Origin: an uncultured candidate division WWE3 bacterium
GTDB lineage: Bacteria; Patescibacteriota; WWE3; UBA101185; UBA10185
DNA length: 64,000 nt
Direction: 5' to 3'
Assembly: GCA_963765125.1 (NCBI GenBank)
Contig: CAVXUZ010000005.1
Span: 263,837 to 327,836, forward strand
The translations under genes were made by a program, and so were the position numbers. Below, piece by piece: positions 35,622 through 46,228 of the stretch. The notes beneath the pieces were generated by a model. The model did no database searches. It saw only the letters and a list, made by a program, of their open reading frames with translations, and was not told the DNA's origin. Positions within the stretch are counted from its first letter, which is position 1, and every line of letters begins with the position of its first letter.

Positions 35622-36962
35622 CTACTTTATATTTTTAAGTCTCAGCTTGTGGTGATAACTCTGAGCAAACCTATGTGCCTCGTCTCGTAGAGTTATTAAA
35701 AGTTTAAGTCCAGAATTATTCTTTGGTAATTTCAAGCTAACAAACTCGTTGTCCTGAAGAAATATTATCGTTTCTTCTTTTTTTGCTAAACCTATTAGCG
35801 GTATGTCTATACTCTGCGCATTTAATTCATCTAGGACTGCAGAGACCTGCCCTTTGCCGCCGTCAATCACCAACAAGGCTGGAATTTCCCAACCCCCATC
35901 CTCATTACCATAACTATTTAATAGTCTGCGTCTAGTTACCTCTTTAAGCATAAAATAGTCGTCAGGTGTGTTTTTTGTTTTTATTTTAAATCTTCTATAC
36001 TCTTTCTTTTCCAAAAGGCCGTTAACAGCCACAACCATTGATCCTACAGCGTCAGCGCCAGAAATGTTTGAAATGTCGTAACATTCAATCCTCTTTGGCT
36101 TTTTAACTATCGATGGAATATTTTTTACAAGCTCATCGAGCGCCTGTTCTGCTAAATCTTCAACTAGATTTGGGTTGTCGATATATTGACTCGCGCTTTT
36201 ATAGTTTTCTCTAACATATTGTAATTTTCTCAAAATATCTCTGTATTCTGCAGCCAGTTCATAATTTTGCGATTTTGAAGCGGCTTGCATTTTTTTCTGA
36301 TATTCGTTTACGAGCTTCTCACCAAGTCCACTCAAGAATTTTGATAGCTGCTTGATCTCTTTTTTGTATAAATTAGGATCGTAATTATTTATGCACGGTG
36401 CTTGACATAAACCAATGTGCCCAAAAAGACACGACTTATTTAATTTCGAGTACTTATTGAACTTTTGAGTGGAACAATCTCTAAACGGAAATATTTTTCT
36501 CAAAAGCTTTAAAACAGTGCGAGTGTCGTTTGTACTTGGGTAAGGACCAAAAGTAATATCATTTGGTTTAAGATCGGAATTTCTTGCTGTAAATATTTTT
36601 GGTAAATCAACTTTTTTTTCGTTACGTGTCACAACTTCATTACGAATTACAATATATAGGTAAGATCTATCGTCCTTAAGCGCAATATTATATTTTGGAC
36701 GATATTTCTTAATTAATTCCGCCTCAAGAATTAAAGCGTCGATCTCTGAGTTGGTTTTTATCGTTTCAAGACTGCGAATTCGTGATACTAACGCCTGTGT
36801 CTTTGTTCCAAGCTTTATGTCGTCTTGAAAATAGGAAGATACTCGGATTTTTAGTAATTTGGCTTTTCCTACGTAAATAACGCTTTTTTGTGCATTTCGG
36901 AATATGTATACCCCTGGGCTTAAAGGTAATTCTTTTGCTTGCTGTCGCGCATCCTCTTTCAT
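35622..36962 (-). CDS. uvrC: excinuclease ABC subunit C (short form lacking the C-terminal HhH region)
   Basis: GIY-YIG N-terminus (GVYIFRN...VIYVGKAKLLKIRVSSYF), the UvrC Cys box CLFGHIGLCQAPC, and an RNaseH-like endonuclease region. Only 446 aa. Confidence 0.75.
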   Translation of the reverse strand: MKEDARQQAKELPLSPGVYIFRNAQKSVIYVGKAKLLKIRVSSYFQDDIKLGTKTQALVSRIRSLETIKTNSEIDALILEAELIKKYRPKYNIALKDDRSYLYIVIRNEVVTRNEKKVDLPKIFTARNSDLKPNDITFGPYPSTNDTRTVLKLLRKIFPFRDCSTQKFNKYSKLNKSCLFGHIGLCQAPCINNYDPNLYKKEIKQLSKFLSGLGEKLVNEYQKKMQAASKSQNYELAAEYRDILRKLQYVRENYKSASQYIDNPNLVEDLAEQALDELVKNIPSIVKKPKRIECYDISNISGADAVGSMVVAVNGLLEKKEYRRFKIKTKNTPDDYFMLKEVTRRRLLNSYGNEDGGWEIPALLVIDGGKGQVSAVLDELNAQSIDIPLIGLAKKEETIIFLQDNEFVSLKLPKNNSGLKLLITLRDEAHRFAQSYHHKLRLKNIK

Positions 36963-37009
36963 GCGGTAATTTTAACACTCAAACCTTGGTATTCGTGTAA
37001 AATAGTCAT

Positions 37010-38896
37010 ATGTTTAAAAAGTTACTTGTGTTTATTTTCATCTGCTTTATTTGGGTTGGTGATACATACGCGCTCGATGAGTTTAAGACTTCTTACTTTG
37101 TAACTTACGATAACAATGTCGACGGAGAGTCTACTGTTATACAAAAAATTCAATTAACTAATCTAAAAGATGACGTCGTCGCCACAAACTACTCAATCTC
37201 ACTAAAACAACTTCAAATTTACGATGTCGAGGCTACCGACGAAAAGGGCGCGATGGAAGTGGAACAAACTACTGCTGAAGACACAACCACAGTTATTGCA
37301 ACTTTTAATGAAAATATGGTTGGCAGAGGCAGGGTAAGCGAATTTACAATAAAATATAAAACAAAAAATATTGTTACTAAACTGGGAGAAATTTACACAA
37401 TAAAAATTCCAAAAGTTGCAGGGCTCATAAACGTCAGAGATTACAATGTAGAACTAATTATTCCTGATACCTTCGGACCACGTGTTTTTATAACACCTGA
37501 GCCAACAAAATTAAGAGAAGAGAGCAGTAAAACAGCGTATGTTTTCGAAAAAGAGCAGCTTGAAGATAGCGGTATTTCCGCAAGTTTTGGAAAATACCAA
37601 GTATTAAACTACAAGCTTATATATCAACTAGAAAATAAATATCCAATATCAACACTTCAAGAAATTGCTCTTCCTCCTGATATACAAGAAAGGCAGTATG
37701 TAAGCCACAAACAAATTACTCCTGAACCGAAAAGAATCTACACAGATGACGACGGTAACCTGGTTGCGCAGTACATTGTCAAACCAAATAATAATTTAGA
37801 AATTGAACTCGTCGGATCAGTAAGAATTCTTGGCAAACAGATTAATCCAGATCTCGGAGGAAGATTCACAGACATCGATACAAAACTTGTTAAAAAATAT
37901 ACAAAAGAAAAAATATTCTGGGAAACAAAATCACCTGAAATTCAAGCTGTAAAAAATAAATTATTCGAACCAGATTCAAATGTTACAAAAAATGCAAAAA
38001 ATATTTATAACTATGTTGTAGGAGAATTGAATTACGACCGCACAGTCATTGAAAAAGATTACGTTGAAAGATACGGCGCCACAAAAACACTCAGCCCAGA
38101 CACACCTGCCGCCTGTATGGAATTTACTGACCTTTTTATTGCCCTAGCAAGATCTATGGGAATACCAGCACGCGAGCTTAACGGCTATGCTATCAATGTT
38201 TATCAAAAGGTGTCATTACCGCTCTCTATCAAATTGAAATCGGGTGATCTGCTCCACTCTTGGCCCGAATTCTATGATCCAAACTTTGGCTGGGTTCCTG
38301 TCGATCCAACCTGGGGAAACACCTCAAAACTTGATTTCTTTTCAAAACTTGATAACAGTCATTTTGTTTTTGCAATCAAGGGTAACTCCTCCGAATATCC
38401 CCTACCAGCTGGTCTCTACAGAAAAGACAGCGATGCGCAGCTTGTGTCAGTCGAAGTATCACAAATTGATTCTGAAAATGATTTTCAACATTACGCTGCA
38501 TTTTATAAAAGATTAAATCTTAATCCTATAAAACTAATTATGGGTAAGGATAAATACTATGTAAAAAATCTTGGGGGTACCTATATTTATAATCTAAGTG
38601 GAAATACAATTTTACCTTACGAAGTTAAAACGATTTTCCTCGACAAGAACCTCGATGAAATTCAATATCAAGATGGAAACGGAAAAATTCATTCACAAAG
38701 TATTATTTTGTTGGATAAAAATCCTAAAACGTTTATTGTTAATCCCTTTTCTGTAATCTTTTCAACTCTCTTAGGGCTTCTGCTGTGTAGCTTGTCTTAT
38801 TATTTACTAATTCTGAAAGGCTACCTGAAAAAACTACCTCTCCTCCACCTGCGCCACCCTCAAGACCAAGATCAAAAACAAAGTCAGAATTCTTGA
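37010..38896 (+). CDS. secreted/anchored transglutaminase-like (papain-fold Cys-His-Asp) domain protein
   Basis: N-terminal signal, a TGase core with the Cys in TPAACMEFTDLFIALARSMGIPAR, and a C-terminal TM helix. Confidence 0.65.
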   Translation: MFKKLLVFIFICFIWVGDTYALDEFKTSYFVTYDNNVDGESTVIQKIQLTNLKDDVVATNYSISLKQLQIYDVEATDEKGAMEVEQTTAEDTTTVIATFNENMVGRGRVSEFTIKYKTKNIVTKLGEIYTIKIPKVAGLINVRDYNVELIIPDTFGPRVFITPEPTKLREESSKTAYVFEKEQLEDSGISASFGKYQVLNYKLIYQLENKYPISTLQEIALPPDIQERQYVSHKQITPEPKRIYTDDDGNLVAQYIVKPNNNLEIELVGSVRILGKQINPDLGGRFTDIDTKLVKKYTKEKIFWETKSPEIQAVKNKLFEPDSNVTKNAKNIYNYVVGELNYDRTVIEKDYVERYGATKTLSPDTPAACMEFTDLFIALARSMGIPARELNGYAINVYQKVSLPLSIKLKSGDLLHSWPEFYDPNFGWVPVDPTWGNTSKLDFFSKLDNSHFVFAIKGNSSEYPLPAGLYRKDSDAQLVSVEVSQIDSENDFQHYAAFYKRLNLNPIKLIMGKDKYYVKNLGGTYIYNLSGNTILPYEVKTIFLDKNLDEIQYQDGNGKIHSQSIILLDKNPKTFIVNPFSVIFSTLLGLLLCSLSYYLLILKGYLKKLPLLHLRHPQDQDQKQSQNS

Positions 38897-41747
38897 TTAT
38901 ATCAAGGTTGTGCTCAATAACCACGACAGTATTTCCTCTAGCAGTAAGTCTTTTTATTATGGTTATAAGCCTTTCTAGGTCAGCAAAATGTAAACCAGTA
39001 GTAGGCTCATCTAGAATATAAAGTGTTGAGCCTGTTGACCGTTTTGATAACTCTAGCGCAAGCTTTACTCTTTGTGCTTCTCCTCCAGAAAGTGTTGGAG
39101 CAGGTTGTCCTAGTCTAATGTAACTTAATCCTACATCATGAAGTGTTTGTATTTTTCTTCTAAGGATCGGGATATTTTCAAAAAACTGCAGTGCCTCGTC
39201 AACGGTCATATCTAAAACATCGCTAATATTTTTTCCTTTATATAATATTTCCAAAGCTTCTCTGTTATATCTTTTACCTCCACATACTTCACAGCTCACG
39301 TATACATCCGGCATGAACTGCATTTCTATCTTTATTTGCCCCTCCCCACCACAAGATTCACACCTACCGCCTTTAACATTAAAACTGAATCTACCCATTT
39401 TATAGCCGCGTATCTTTGCCTCCTCTGTTTTTGAAAATAGCTCTCTTATGTGGTCAAACGTTTTTGTATATGTTGCTGGATTTGATTTTGGAGTTCTCCC
39501 AATAGGACTTTGGTCTATCGCGATTAGTTTGTCGAGATTATTTGCTCCAATAATATCTACGTACGGTTCTGGTCTTTCATCATTTTTAAGGCCGAAATGC
39601 TGCCTCAAAGCGCGGTAAAACGTATCCATCACAAGTGTTGATTTTCCGCTTCCTGATACGCCAGTAACACAAATAAATTTACCGAGTGGAATCTCAAAAT
39701 CTATATTTTTAAGGTTTCTACCCGAAGCTCCAACAAGTTTTATACTTTTGCCATCCAACTTCTTTGATAACTTATGGTTCATCTCATCGTCTAGTAATTC
39801 ATCTATGCTTTGTTGAATTTTAATATCATTTTTTCCTACAACTTTCTTACCGGATAAATATTGTCCAGTTATAGAAATTTTATTTTTTATTATCTCTTCA
39901 GGCGTACCTTCGGCAATTACTTGACCGCCGTGCTCGCCAGCGCCAGGGCCAAAATCAAAAATATAATCACACTCCAACATAGTATCCATATCGTGTTCAA
40001 CAACTACGACTGTATTTCCTAAATCGCGCAAATATTTTAATGTTCTGATTAATTTTCCTTGGTCGCGCTGATGCAAACCAATTGAAGGCTCGTCTAAAAC
40101 GTACAAAACTCCAGAAAGACCAGAACCGATTTGTGAGGCAAGTCTAATTCTTTGGGCCTCTCCTCCTGATAGTTGTGACGATGATCTGGATAAAGTTAAA
40201 TAGCCTAGCCCGACATCCATCAAAAACTTTACTCTATAATTAATTTCTTTTAACAACGCGTCGGCTATCTGTTTCTCTCTAATAGTTAGTTTGTCTGGAA
40301 GTTCAATAAACCAGCTTTGTAGCACAGTTATAGGCAATTCTGATATTTCATAAATATTCTTTTTATCAATTACTACAGAGAGTGGTTCCCTTTTTAATCT
40401 CGTGCCTTTACACTCTGGGCATTCATCACGAACCATGTATTTCTCAATTTCACGCCTTATAAAATCAGATTTTGTTTCTTTGTATCTACGTTCAAGATTT
40501 GGAATAACCCCCTCAAATCTAGCTTTAAATTTGTGGTCATTTCCATCACCATCCCGATAACCAACTGTAAATCTTTGATTTTCTGGAGCACCGTAGAGAA
40601 TTATTTCTACTTCTTCTTTCTTTAAATCTTTTATTGGCGTGTTTACTGAAAAGTTATATTCCTTTGTTACTGCATCGACTACTTTTGAAATCCATGTTGT
40701 GTGTTCAAAGATTCTTGTCCAAGGAAATATTCCACCTTCTGAAATTGAGAGCTCAGGATTATAAATTGTGTTTTTATCAATTTCGAGCTGTGTACCTAAA
40801 CCGTCACACTTTAAACACGCTCCATGAGGCGAGTTAAATGAAAAAGTCCTCGGCTCTATGTCAGCAAGTGAGATGTTACAAACTGGGCATGCAAAATTTT
40901 CTGAAAAAAGATGATCTTCAACATTTTTAGGATTCTCCGAAAATTCAAATTCCTTATCTTTTACAATCGATAAGACTATGTTTCCGTTAGCCAGTCGCAG
41001 CGCTGTTTCAATATTCTGATATAGCGTACTACGAAACTCAGCGGCGTATTCTTTCACGCTCATTCTTTTTTTATTTACTACAGACCTTGTTATAAGAGCC
41101 TCAATCGTATGTTTATTTGTCTTTAGTAACGCAATATCTTCACCAACTCCCCTAATTACGTTGTCTATTCTTGCCCTTATGATTCCTTGTTTTTTGAGAT
41201 TATCAAATAGGCTTGAATATTCACCTTTTCGGTCTCTTATAATTGGCGCCAAAATTATAAATCTAACGCCTCTCTCACTAGAGTAGTCTTCGTCTTGGAT
41301 TAGTAATTTTTCTGTTTGTTCGGCGATCTCTTGCGCTGATTGTCTTTGAATCTCTCTTCCGCACTCAGGACAATGTGGATGACCAACTCGTGCAAAAAGT
41401 AATCTCATAAAATCGTAAATTTCTGTAATTGTACCAACCGTTGATCTTGGATTTCTTGAGGTTGTTTTTTGATCTATGGCAATTGCGGGTGATAATCCTT
41501 CTATCGTATCTACATCGGGTTTATCCATCACGCCTAAAAATTGACGAGCGTAAGCAGATAAACTTTCTACATAGCGTCTTTGCCCATCGGCGTATATTGT
41601 ATCCATCGCAAGTGAAGACTTACCAGATCCTGAAACACCGGTAAAAACGATAAATTTATTTTTTGGAATCTCAATATCAACATTTTTTAAATTATGCTGT
41701 CTTGCTCCTTTTACGATAATGTGGCTTAGCGCTGATTTATCAATCAT
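38739..41747 (-). CDS. uvrA: excinuclease ABC subunit A
   Basis: Two ABC ATPase modules (GVSGSGKSSLA and GVSGSGKSTL) and Zn-finger Cys pairs. 1002 aa. Confidence 0.95.
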   Translation of the reverse strand: MIDKSALSHIIVKGARQHNLKNVDIEIPKNKFIVFTGVSGSGKSSLAMDTIYADGQRRYVESLSAYARQFLGVMDKPDVDTIEGLSPAIAIDQKTTSRNPRSTVGTITEIYDFMRLLFARVGHPHCPECGREIQRQSAQEIAEQTEKLLIQDEDYSSERGVRFIILAPIIRDRKGEYSSLFDNLKKQGIIRARIDNVIRGVGEDIALLKTNKHTIEALITRSVVNKKRMSVKEYAAEFRSTLYQNIETALRLANGNIVLSIVKDKEFEFSENPKNVEDHLFSENFACPVCNISLADIEPRTFSFNSPHGACLKCDGLGTQLEIDKNTIYNPELSISEGGIFPWTRIFEHTTWISKVVDAVTKEYNFSVNTPIKDLKKEEVEIILYGAPENQRFTVGYRDGDGNDHKFKARFEGVIPNLERRYKETKSDFIRREIEKYMVRDECPECKGTRLKREPLSVVIDKKNIYEISELPITVLQSWFIELPDKLTIREKQIADALLKEINYRVKFLMDVGLGYLTLSRSSSQLSGGEAQRIRLASQIGSGLSGVLYVLDEPSIGLHQRDQGKLIRTLKYLRDLGNTVVVVEHDMDTMLECDYIFDFGPGAGEHGGQVIAEGTPEEIIKNKISITGQYLSGKKVVGKNDIKIQQSIDELLDDEMNHKLSKKLDGKSIKLVGASGRNLKNIDFEIPLGKFICVTGVSGSGKSTLVMDTFYRALRQHFGLKNDERPEPYVDIIGANNLDKLIAIDQSPIGRTPKSNPATYTKTFDHIRELFSKTEEAKIRGYKMGRFSFNVKGGRCESCGGEGQIKIEMQFMPDVYVSCEVCGGKRYNREALEILYKGKNISDVLDMTVDEALQFFENIPILRRKIQTLHDVGLSYIRLGQPAPTLSGGEAQRVKLALELSKRSTGSTLYILDEPTTGLHFADLERLITIIKRLTARGNTVVVIEHNLDIIKNSDFVFDLGLEGGAGGGEVVFSGSLSELVNNKTSYTAEALRELKRLQKRD

Positions 41748-41782
41748 CTTTCTTTTCTATATAAAAATAACAAAATACATAA

Positions 41783-41801
41783 TACGGGATTTATTCGGGT
41801 T
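41783..41801 (-). promoter_or_regulatory. candidate operator: GGGAT-N6-GGGTT direct repeat (TACGGGATTTATTCGGGTT) 36-54 nt upstream of the uvrA ATG
   Basis: 16/19 identity to a motif upstream of uvrB/lexA. Confidence 0.4.
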
Positions 41802-41827
41802 TGTGAAGTGTGAGAGTAATCTTAGCC

Positions 41828-44050
41828 CTAGTCTCTGTCCGCTTCGTCTTTTTTCTCTTCTGGGCATAGTCTTTCTGGTATTTTAGTCCCTTTCGCGAAA
41901 ATGTCGCCTCTTCCACACTTTTCATCATATTTCTCAAATATGCTGTCAGGTTTTTGCATTAGTTCATCCTGCTTATCCTTCAAAACTGCGGTCATAATCT
42001 TATTCCAGATTGGAGCTGCGCCGCTTAACCCTGATGCAAGATTACGATGCAATGGCGAGTTATCATTGTTTCCAACCCATACTCCAACAACATAACTCGG
42101 CGTGTAACCCATCGTAAAATTATCACGTATGTTGTCGGTCGTTCCCGTCTTTACAGCTACTTTTTTTCCATTAATTACCAAAGAATTGTGTGTACCAAAC
42201 GCAGGAACTCTTGCATTATTATCAGATAAAATATGCCAGATCATATACGCTGACTCCGGAGAAACAATTTTCTGCTCCTGATTGTTGTTGCGGTAAAGTT
42301 CAAAGCCTTTGTTGTCTTTAATAGAAATGAATGGTGTCGTAGGTTTATATTTACCTAGTCGTGCTAATGAAGCATAAAAGTTTGTATGGTCTAACAACCT
42401 TACTTCTTTTCCGCCCAGCGTAATTGACAAACCATAACTTCCATCAACTTTCCAATTTGATAATCCAAATTCCTGACCAAGTTTAACAATATTGTCTGGC
42501 CCAAGACGATGCGCCAACCTCACTGCAGGAATGTTATAAGAGTTTGCAAGTGCAGTTCTAAGTGTTACGTCACCGTGATCTTTTCCATCATAGTTTTTAG
42601 GTGTGTAAGGTGCTTGTCCTGAAAATTTGTACGTAATTGGTTCATCTTTTAAAATCGATGAGGTTGTAAAACCCTTCTCTAAAGCTAAAACGTAGGTTAG
42701 CGGTTTAATTGAAGATCCGGGCTGTCTGTATGCGCTCGCAACGTCAAAAGCGCCCCAACCCTCTTTGAAATAGTCAGTCGAGCCGACATAAGCAAGAATT
42801 TCTCTATTTACCGCGTCTAAGACAACGGCGGCACCGTTTGAGATTAGTAAACCCGAGCTAGCGGCAACTTCTTCTGTTACGATCTTCTGTGCCTCGTCTT
42901 GAAGATCCAAATCTAAAGTTGTGTGAATCGTCAAACCGCCAAGTTCAACAAATCTTTTTCCATATGTTTTTTCAAGCTCGCTCCTTACATACGCAACAAA
43001 ATGTGGAGCTCTTATATATTCTACCTGCGTTACAAAATTTAATTTTTTATTAAACGCTTCATCAGCCTCGTTAGTTGTTATGTAACCAAGCTGCTGCATT
43101 CTTTCTAATACATATTTTTGTCTAGATTTAGCTAACGACTGATCTCCTGAAAGAGGTGAATAGGTTGAGGGGGAAGACGGTAACCCGGCGAGAAGTGCTG
43201 ATTCTGCAAGGTCTAAATCCCAAACATTTTTTCCAAAGAATTTTTGTGAAGCTGACTGCACACCCCACGCAGTTCCACCATAAGAAATGTTGTTTAGATA
43301 CATTTCGAGAATCTCCTCTTTTGAATATTTTGCTTCTGCTAAAACTGAGAGAATTAGCTCCTTTATTTTTCTTGAAACTGTTCTTTCTGGTGATAACAAC
43401 ACATTTTTTATTAATTGTTGGGTGATTGTTGAACCGCCTTCTAACTTATCTTCGATAAATATTGATTTAGCAGCCCTGATCATACTAAGCGGATCAAACC
43501 CCGCATGTTTATAGAATTTGTCATCTTCGACAGCGATTGTTGCATTAACAAAATGTTTAGGAATTACCTCCAGTTTTACAGGCTCATATCGTTTATCAAT
43601 AAATATCTCAAATAAAAGTCTGCCCTTTCTATCAAGAATTTTACTTGGAGTAGGTACGTCTTTCGTCACGAGCAGCTCTGGGCTTGGTAATGTTTCTAAC
43701 CACAGTATTATTTGTAACGGGATGCCAATAAAAACTACGCAGCACACTACCCCTAGAAGAAATATTCTTACTTTTGAAAATGACGCACGCTTTATTCTTC
43801 TTACTGATGTTTCTGCATATTTTGGACGCCATTTTTGATTTTCTTTTTCTTCGTAAACTTCTGGTTTGTCTTTATTTTTAATTTTATTGTTAATAAATTC
43901 AGCAATTAAGCAATATTTTTGCTTTAGCTCAGACAGACCAGTATTACTAATAAGTTTTCTAAAATAATGGATAACGCTTTTAGTGTAGTGGATTAGAAAG
44001 TTACCAATTATTATAAATACCCTTTTTATAAGGTTTACTATGTTTTTCAC
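41828..44050 (-). CDS. class A penicillin-binding protein (GT51 transglycosylase + transpeptidase), PBP1A-like
   Basis: GT51 motifs EDDKFYKHAGFD and GGSTITQQL, and the transpeptidase SxxK region. Confidence 0.85.
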   Translation of the reverse strand: MKNIVNLIKRVFIIIGNFLIHYTKSVIHYFRKLISNTGLSELKQKYCLIAEFINNKIKNKDKPEVYEEKENQKWRPKYAETSVRRIKRASFSKVRIFLLGVVCCVVFIGIPLQIILWLETLPSPELLVTKDVPTPSKILDRKGRLLFEIFIDKRYEPVKLEVIPKHFVNATIAVEDDKFYKHAGFDPLSMIRAAKSIFIEDKLEGGSTITQQLIKNVLLSPERTVSRKIKELILSVLAEAKYSKEEILEMYLNNISYGGTAWGVQSASQKFFGKNVWDLDLAESALLAGLPSSPSTYSPLSGDQSLAKSRQKYVLERMQQLGYITTNEADEAFNKKLNFVTQVEYIRAPHFVAYVRSELEKTYGKRFVELGGLTIHTTLDLDLQDEAQKIVTEEVAASSGLLISNGAAVVLDAVNREILAYVGSTDYFKEGWGAFDVASAYRQPGSSIKPLTYVLALEKGFTTSSILKDEPITYKFSGQAPYTPKNYDGKDHGDVTLRTALANSYNIPAVRLAHRLGPDNIVKLGQEFGLSNWKVDGSYGLSITLGGKEVRLLDHTNFYASLARLGKYKPTTPFISIKDNKGFELYRNNNQEQKIVSPESAYMIWHILSDNNARVPAFGTHNSLVINGKKVAVKTGTTDNIRDNFTMGYTPSYVVGVWVGNNDNSPLHRNLASGLSGAAPIWNKIMTAVLKDKQDELMQKPDSIFEKYDEKCGRGDIFAKGTKIPERLCPEEKKDEADRD

Positions 44051-44123
44051 AAAATTCTTAAAAATAAATAAATGTGGCAGGTGATTTAGCTGATTCTAAC
44101 GCCAAAAAACGAGGTCGTCAAGA

Positions 44124-46208
44124 CTAATTCAAATTAGCTATTTTTTTAATTGCACGAATTCTATCTCGTAATTCAGCGGCTGTTTCGAAATTTAGCATCT
44201 CCGCCTCTTCCTTCATCGCCTGTTCAAGAGCTTTAATTTCTTTTTTCAACTCAATCGGGGGTAGAAGATAATAGTCTGTTTCGGACTTAAATTTGTGTTT
44301 TCCTTTGCCCGCTGTTAGATGCTCCTCAATTACTTCATCAATTAACTTTTCTCGAATTGGTTTAATAATTTGCTGTGGCGTAATATTGTGATCCTGATTG
44401 TATTTTAACTGTACCTCACGCCTTCTTGTCACCTCACCTATTGCCCTTTGCATACTTCCTGTTATAACGTCAGCGTACATTATAACTTCTCCATGTACGT
44501 GTCTTGATGCTCTTCCCATTGTTTGAATAAGCGCCGATTCGGAACGTAAAAATCCCTCCTTGTCTGCGTCTAAAATGGCGACAAGCGATACTTCTGGAAG
44601 ATCCAATCCTTCTCTGAGAAGGTTAATTCCCACTAATACATCATAGTTTCCTTTGCGTAGATCGTCTAAAATATTGGTCCTTTCGAGTGTGTCAATGTCA
44701 GAATGAAGATACGTAACTTTTAAACCTTGCTCAATCAGGTATGACGCAAGCTCCTCTGCCATTCTCTTTGTTAGTGTTGTTACCAAAACCCTTTGCTTTA
44801 GAGCAATTTTTTCGTTTATACGCTTTGTAAGGTCGCCTATTTGCCCATCTGTCGGCTTTATCTCAACCAATGGATCAACAATTCCGGTTGGTCTGAGAAG
44901 CTGTTCGACCACTTTACCTTCGGACATACTCAGTTCCCAATCAGTCGGTGTTGCACTTACAAAAATATCCTGATTAATTCGGCGCATAAACTCTTCAAAA
45001 TTTAACGGCCTATTATCTAGCGCTGAAGGCAGCCTAAAACCATAATCGATTAAAGTCTGCTTTCTTGTCCTATCGCCGTTGTACATTCCTCTTACTTGCG
45101 GAATTGTTATATGTGATTCGTCTATAACAAGAAGGTAGCCTTTCGGAAAAAACTCCATTAATGAATACGGTGCATCACCTGGTTGCCTACCATCAAAATA
45201 TCTCGAATAATTTTCGATTCCTTTACAATAACCAATCTCTTTAAGCATCTCTAAGTCATACTTCGTTCTTTGCTGCAGCCTGTATGCTTCAATCGCTTTT
45301 CCAACATCTTTCAATTCTTTTAATCTTTTTTCTAGGTCTTCTTCAATCTGCTTTATTGCATCTTCATGTTTTTCTTGCGCGGTAACATAGTGTTTTGCAG
45401 GAAATATTGAAATCGGTCCGTTGTTCTTGATACTTGAAATAATAAAATCTTGTTCTTTTTGGGTTAGTGATTTTGAGCTACTGCCTTGCCTTTGCTCAGG
45501 AAGTCCATCATAGCTTAGTGTATTACCTGTTAACGGATCGAAACAAGTCACATCAACAAGCACATCGTCCAAAAACTCCAATCTAAGTGCAAAATCGACG
45601 TATGCAGGGTAAATATCAACGACATCTCCTCGCACTCTATACGTTGCGCGTTTAAATTCAAACTCGGACCTTTCGTAATAGATTTGACTCAGCCTCTTCA
45701 TTAAATCGACTTTTCTCAACTTCATCCCTTTTCTGATTTCTATTGCAAATTTTGAATATTCAGCGGGTGAACCTAGATTGTATATACACGAAACAGACGA
45801 AACTACGATCACGTCTTTTCTCGTCATTAACGATGTTGTGGCAGAAAGTCTTAAACGATCAATTTGTTCGTTTATATCAGCATCTTTTTCTATATAAGTG
45901 TCCGTCGAAGGAAGATAACTTTCTGGTTGATAATAATCATAATAGCTGACAAAATACTCAACAGCGTTATCCGGAAAAAATTCTTTAAACTCTTGGTATA
46001 GTTGCGCAGCTAGAGTTTTGTTGTGTGAAAGTATAAGCGTAGGTTTATCAATATTTTTTATAACATTAGCAACTGTGAAGGTCTTACCGCTTCCAGTCAC
46101 TCCTAATAGTGTTTGGTGCTTTGCACCCTTTACAATATTTTCTGTTAGCTTTTCGATTGCTTGTGGTTGATCACCGGTAGGTGAAAAGTCCGCTTTCAGA
46201 TTAAACAT
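44124..46208 (-). CDS. uvrB: excinuclease ABC subunit B
   Basis: PTGDQPQAI, the helicase motif I GVTGSGKTF, and a C-terminal UvrB/UvrC interaction motif. Confidence 0.95.
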   Translation of the reverse strand: MFNLKADFSPTGDQPQAIEKLTENIVKGAKHQTLLGVTGSGKTFTVANVIKNIDKPTLILSHNKTLAAQLYQEFKEFFPDNAVEYFVSYYDYYQPESYLPSTDTYIEKDADINEQIDRLRLSATTSLMTRKDVIVVSSVSCIYNLGSPAEYSKFAIEIRKGMKLRKVDLMKRLSQIYYERSEFEFKRATYRVRGDVVDIYPAYVDFALRLEFLDDVLVDVTCFDPLTGNTLSYDGLPEQRQGSSSKSLTQKEQDFIISSIKNNGPISIFPAKHYVTAQEKHEDAIKQIEEDLEKRLKELKDVGKAIEAYRLQQRTKYDLEMLKEIGYCKGIENYSRYFDGRQPGDAPYSLMEFFPKGYLLVIDESHITIPQVRGMYNGDRTRKQTLIDYGFRLPSALDNRPLNFEEFMRRINQDIFVSATPTDWELSMSEGKVVEQLLRPTGIVDPLVEIKPTDGQIGDLTKRINEKIALKQRVLVTTLTKRMAEELASYLIEQGLKVTYLHSDIDTLERTNILDDLRKGNYDVLVGINLLREGLDLPEVSLVAILDADKEGFLRSESALIQTMGRASRHVHGEVIMYADVITGSMQRAIGEVTRRREVQLKYNQDHNITPQQIIKPIREKLIDEVIEEHLTAGKGKHKFKSETDYYLLPPIELKKEIKALEQAMKEEAEMLNFETAAELRDRIRAIKKIANLN

Positions 46209-46228
46209 TATTCGATTGTATCACGCGT

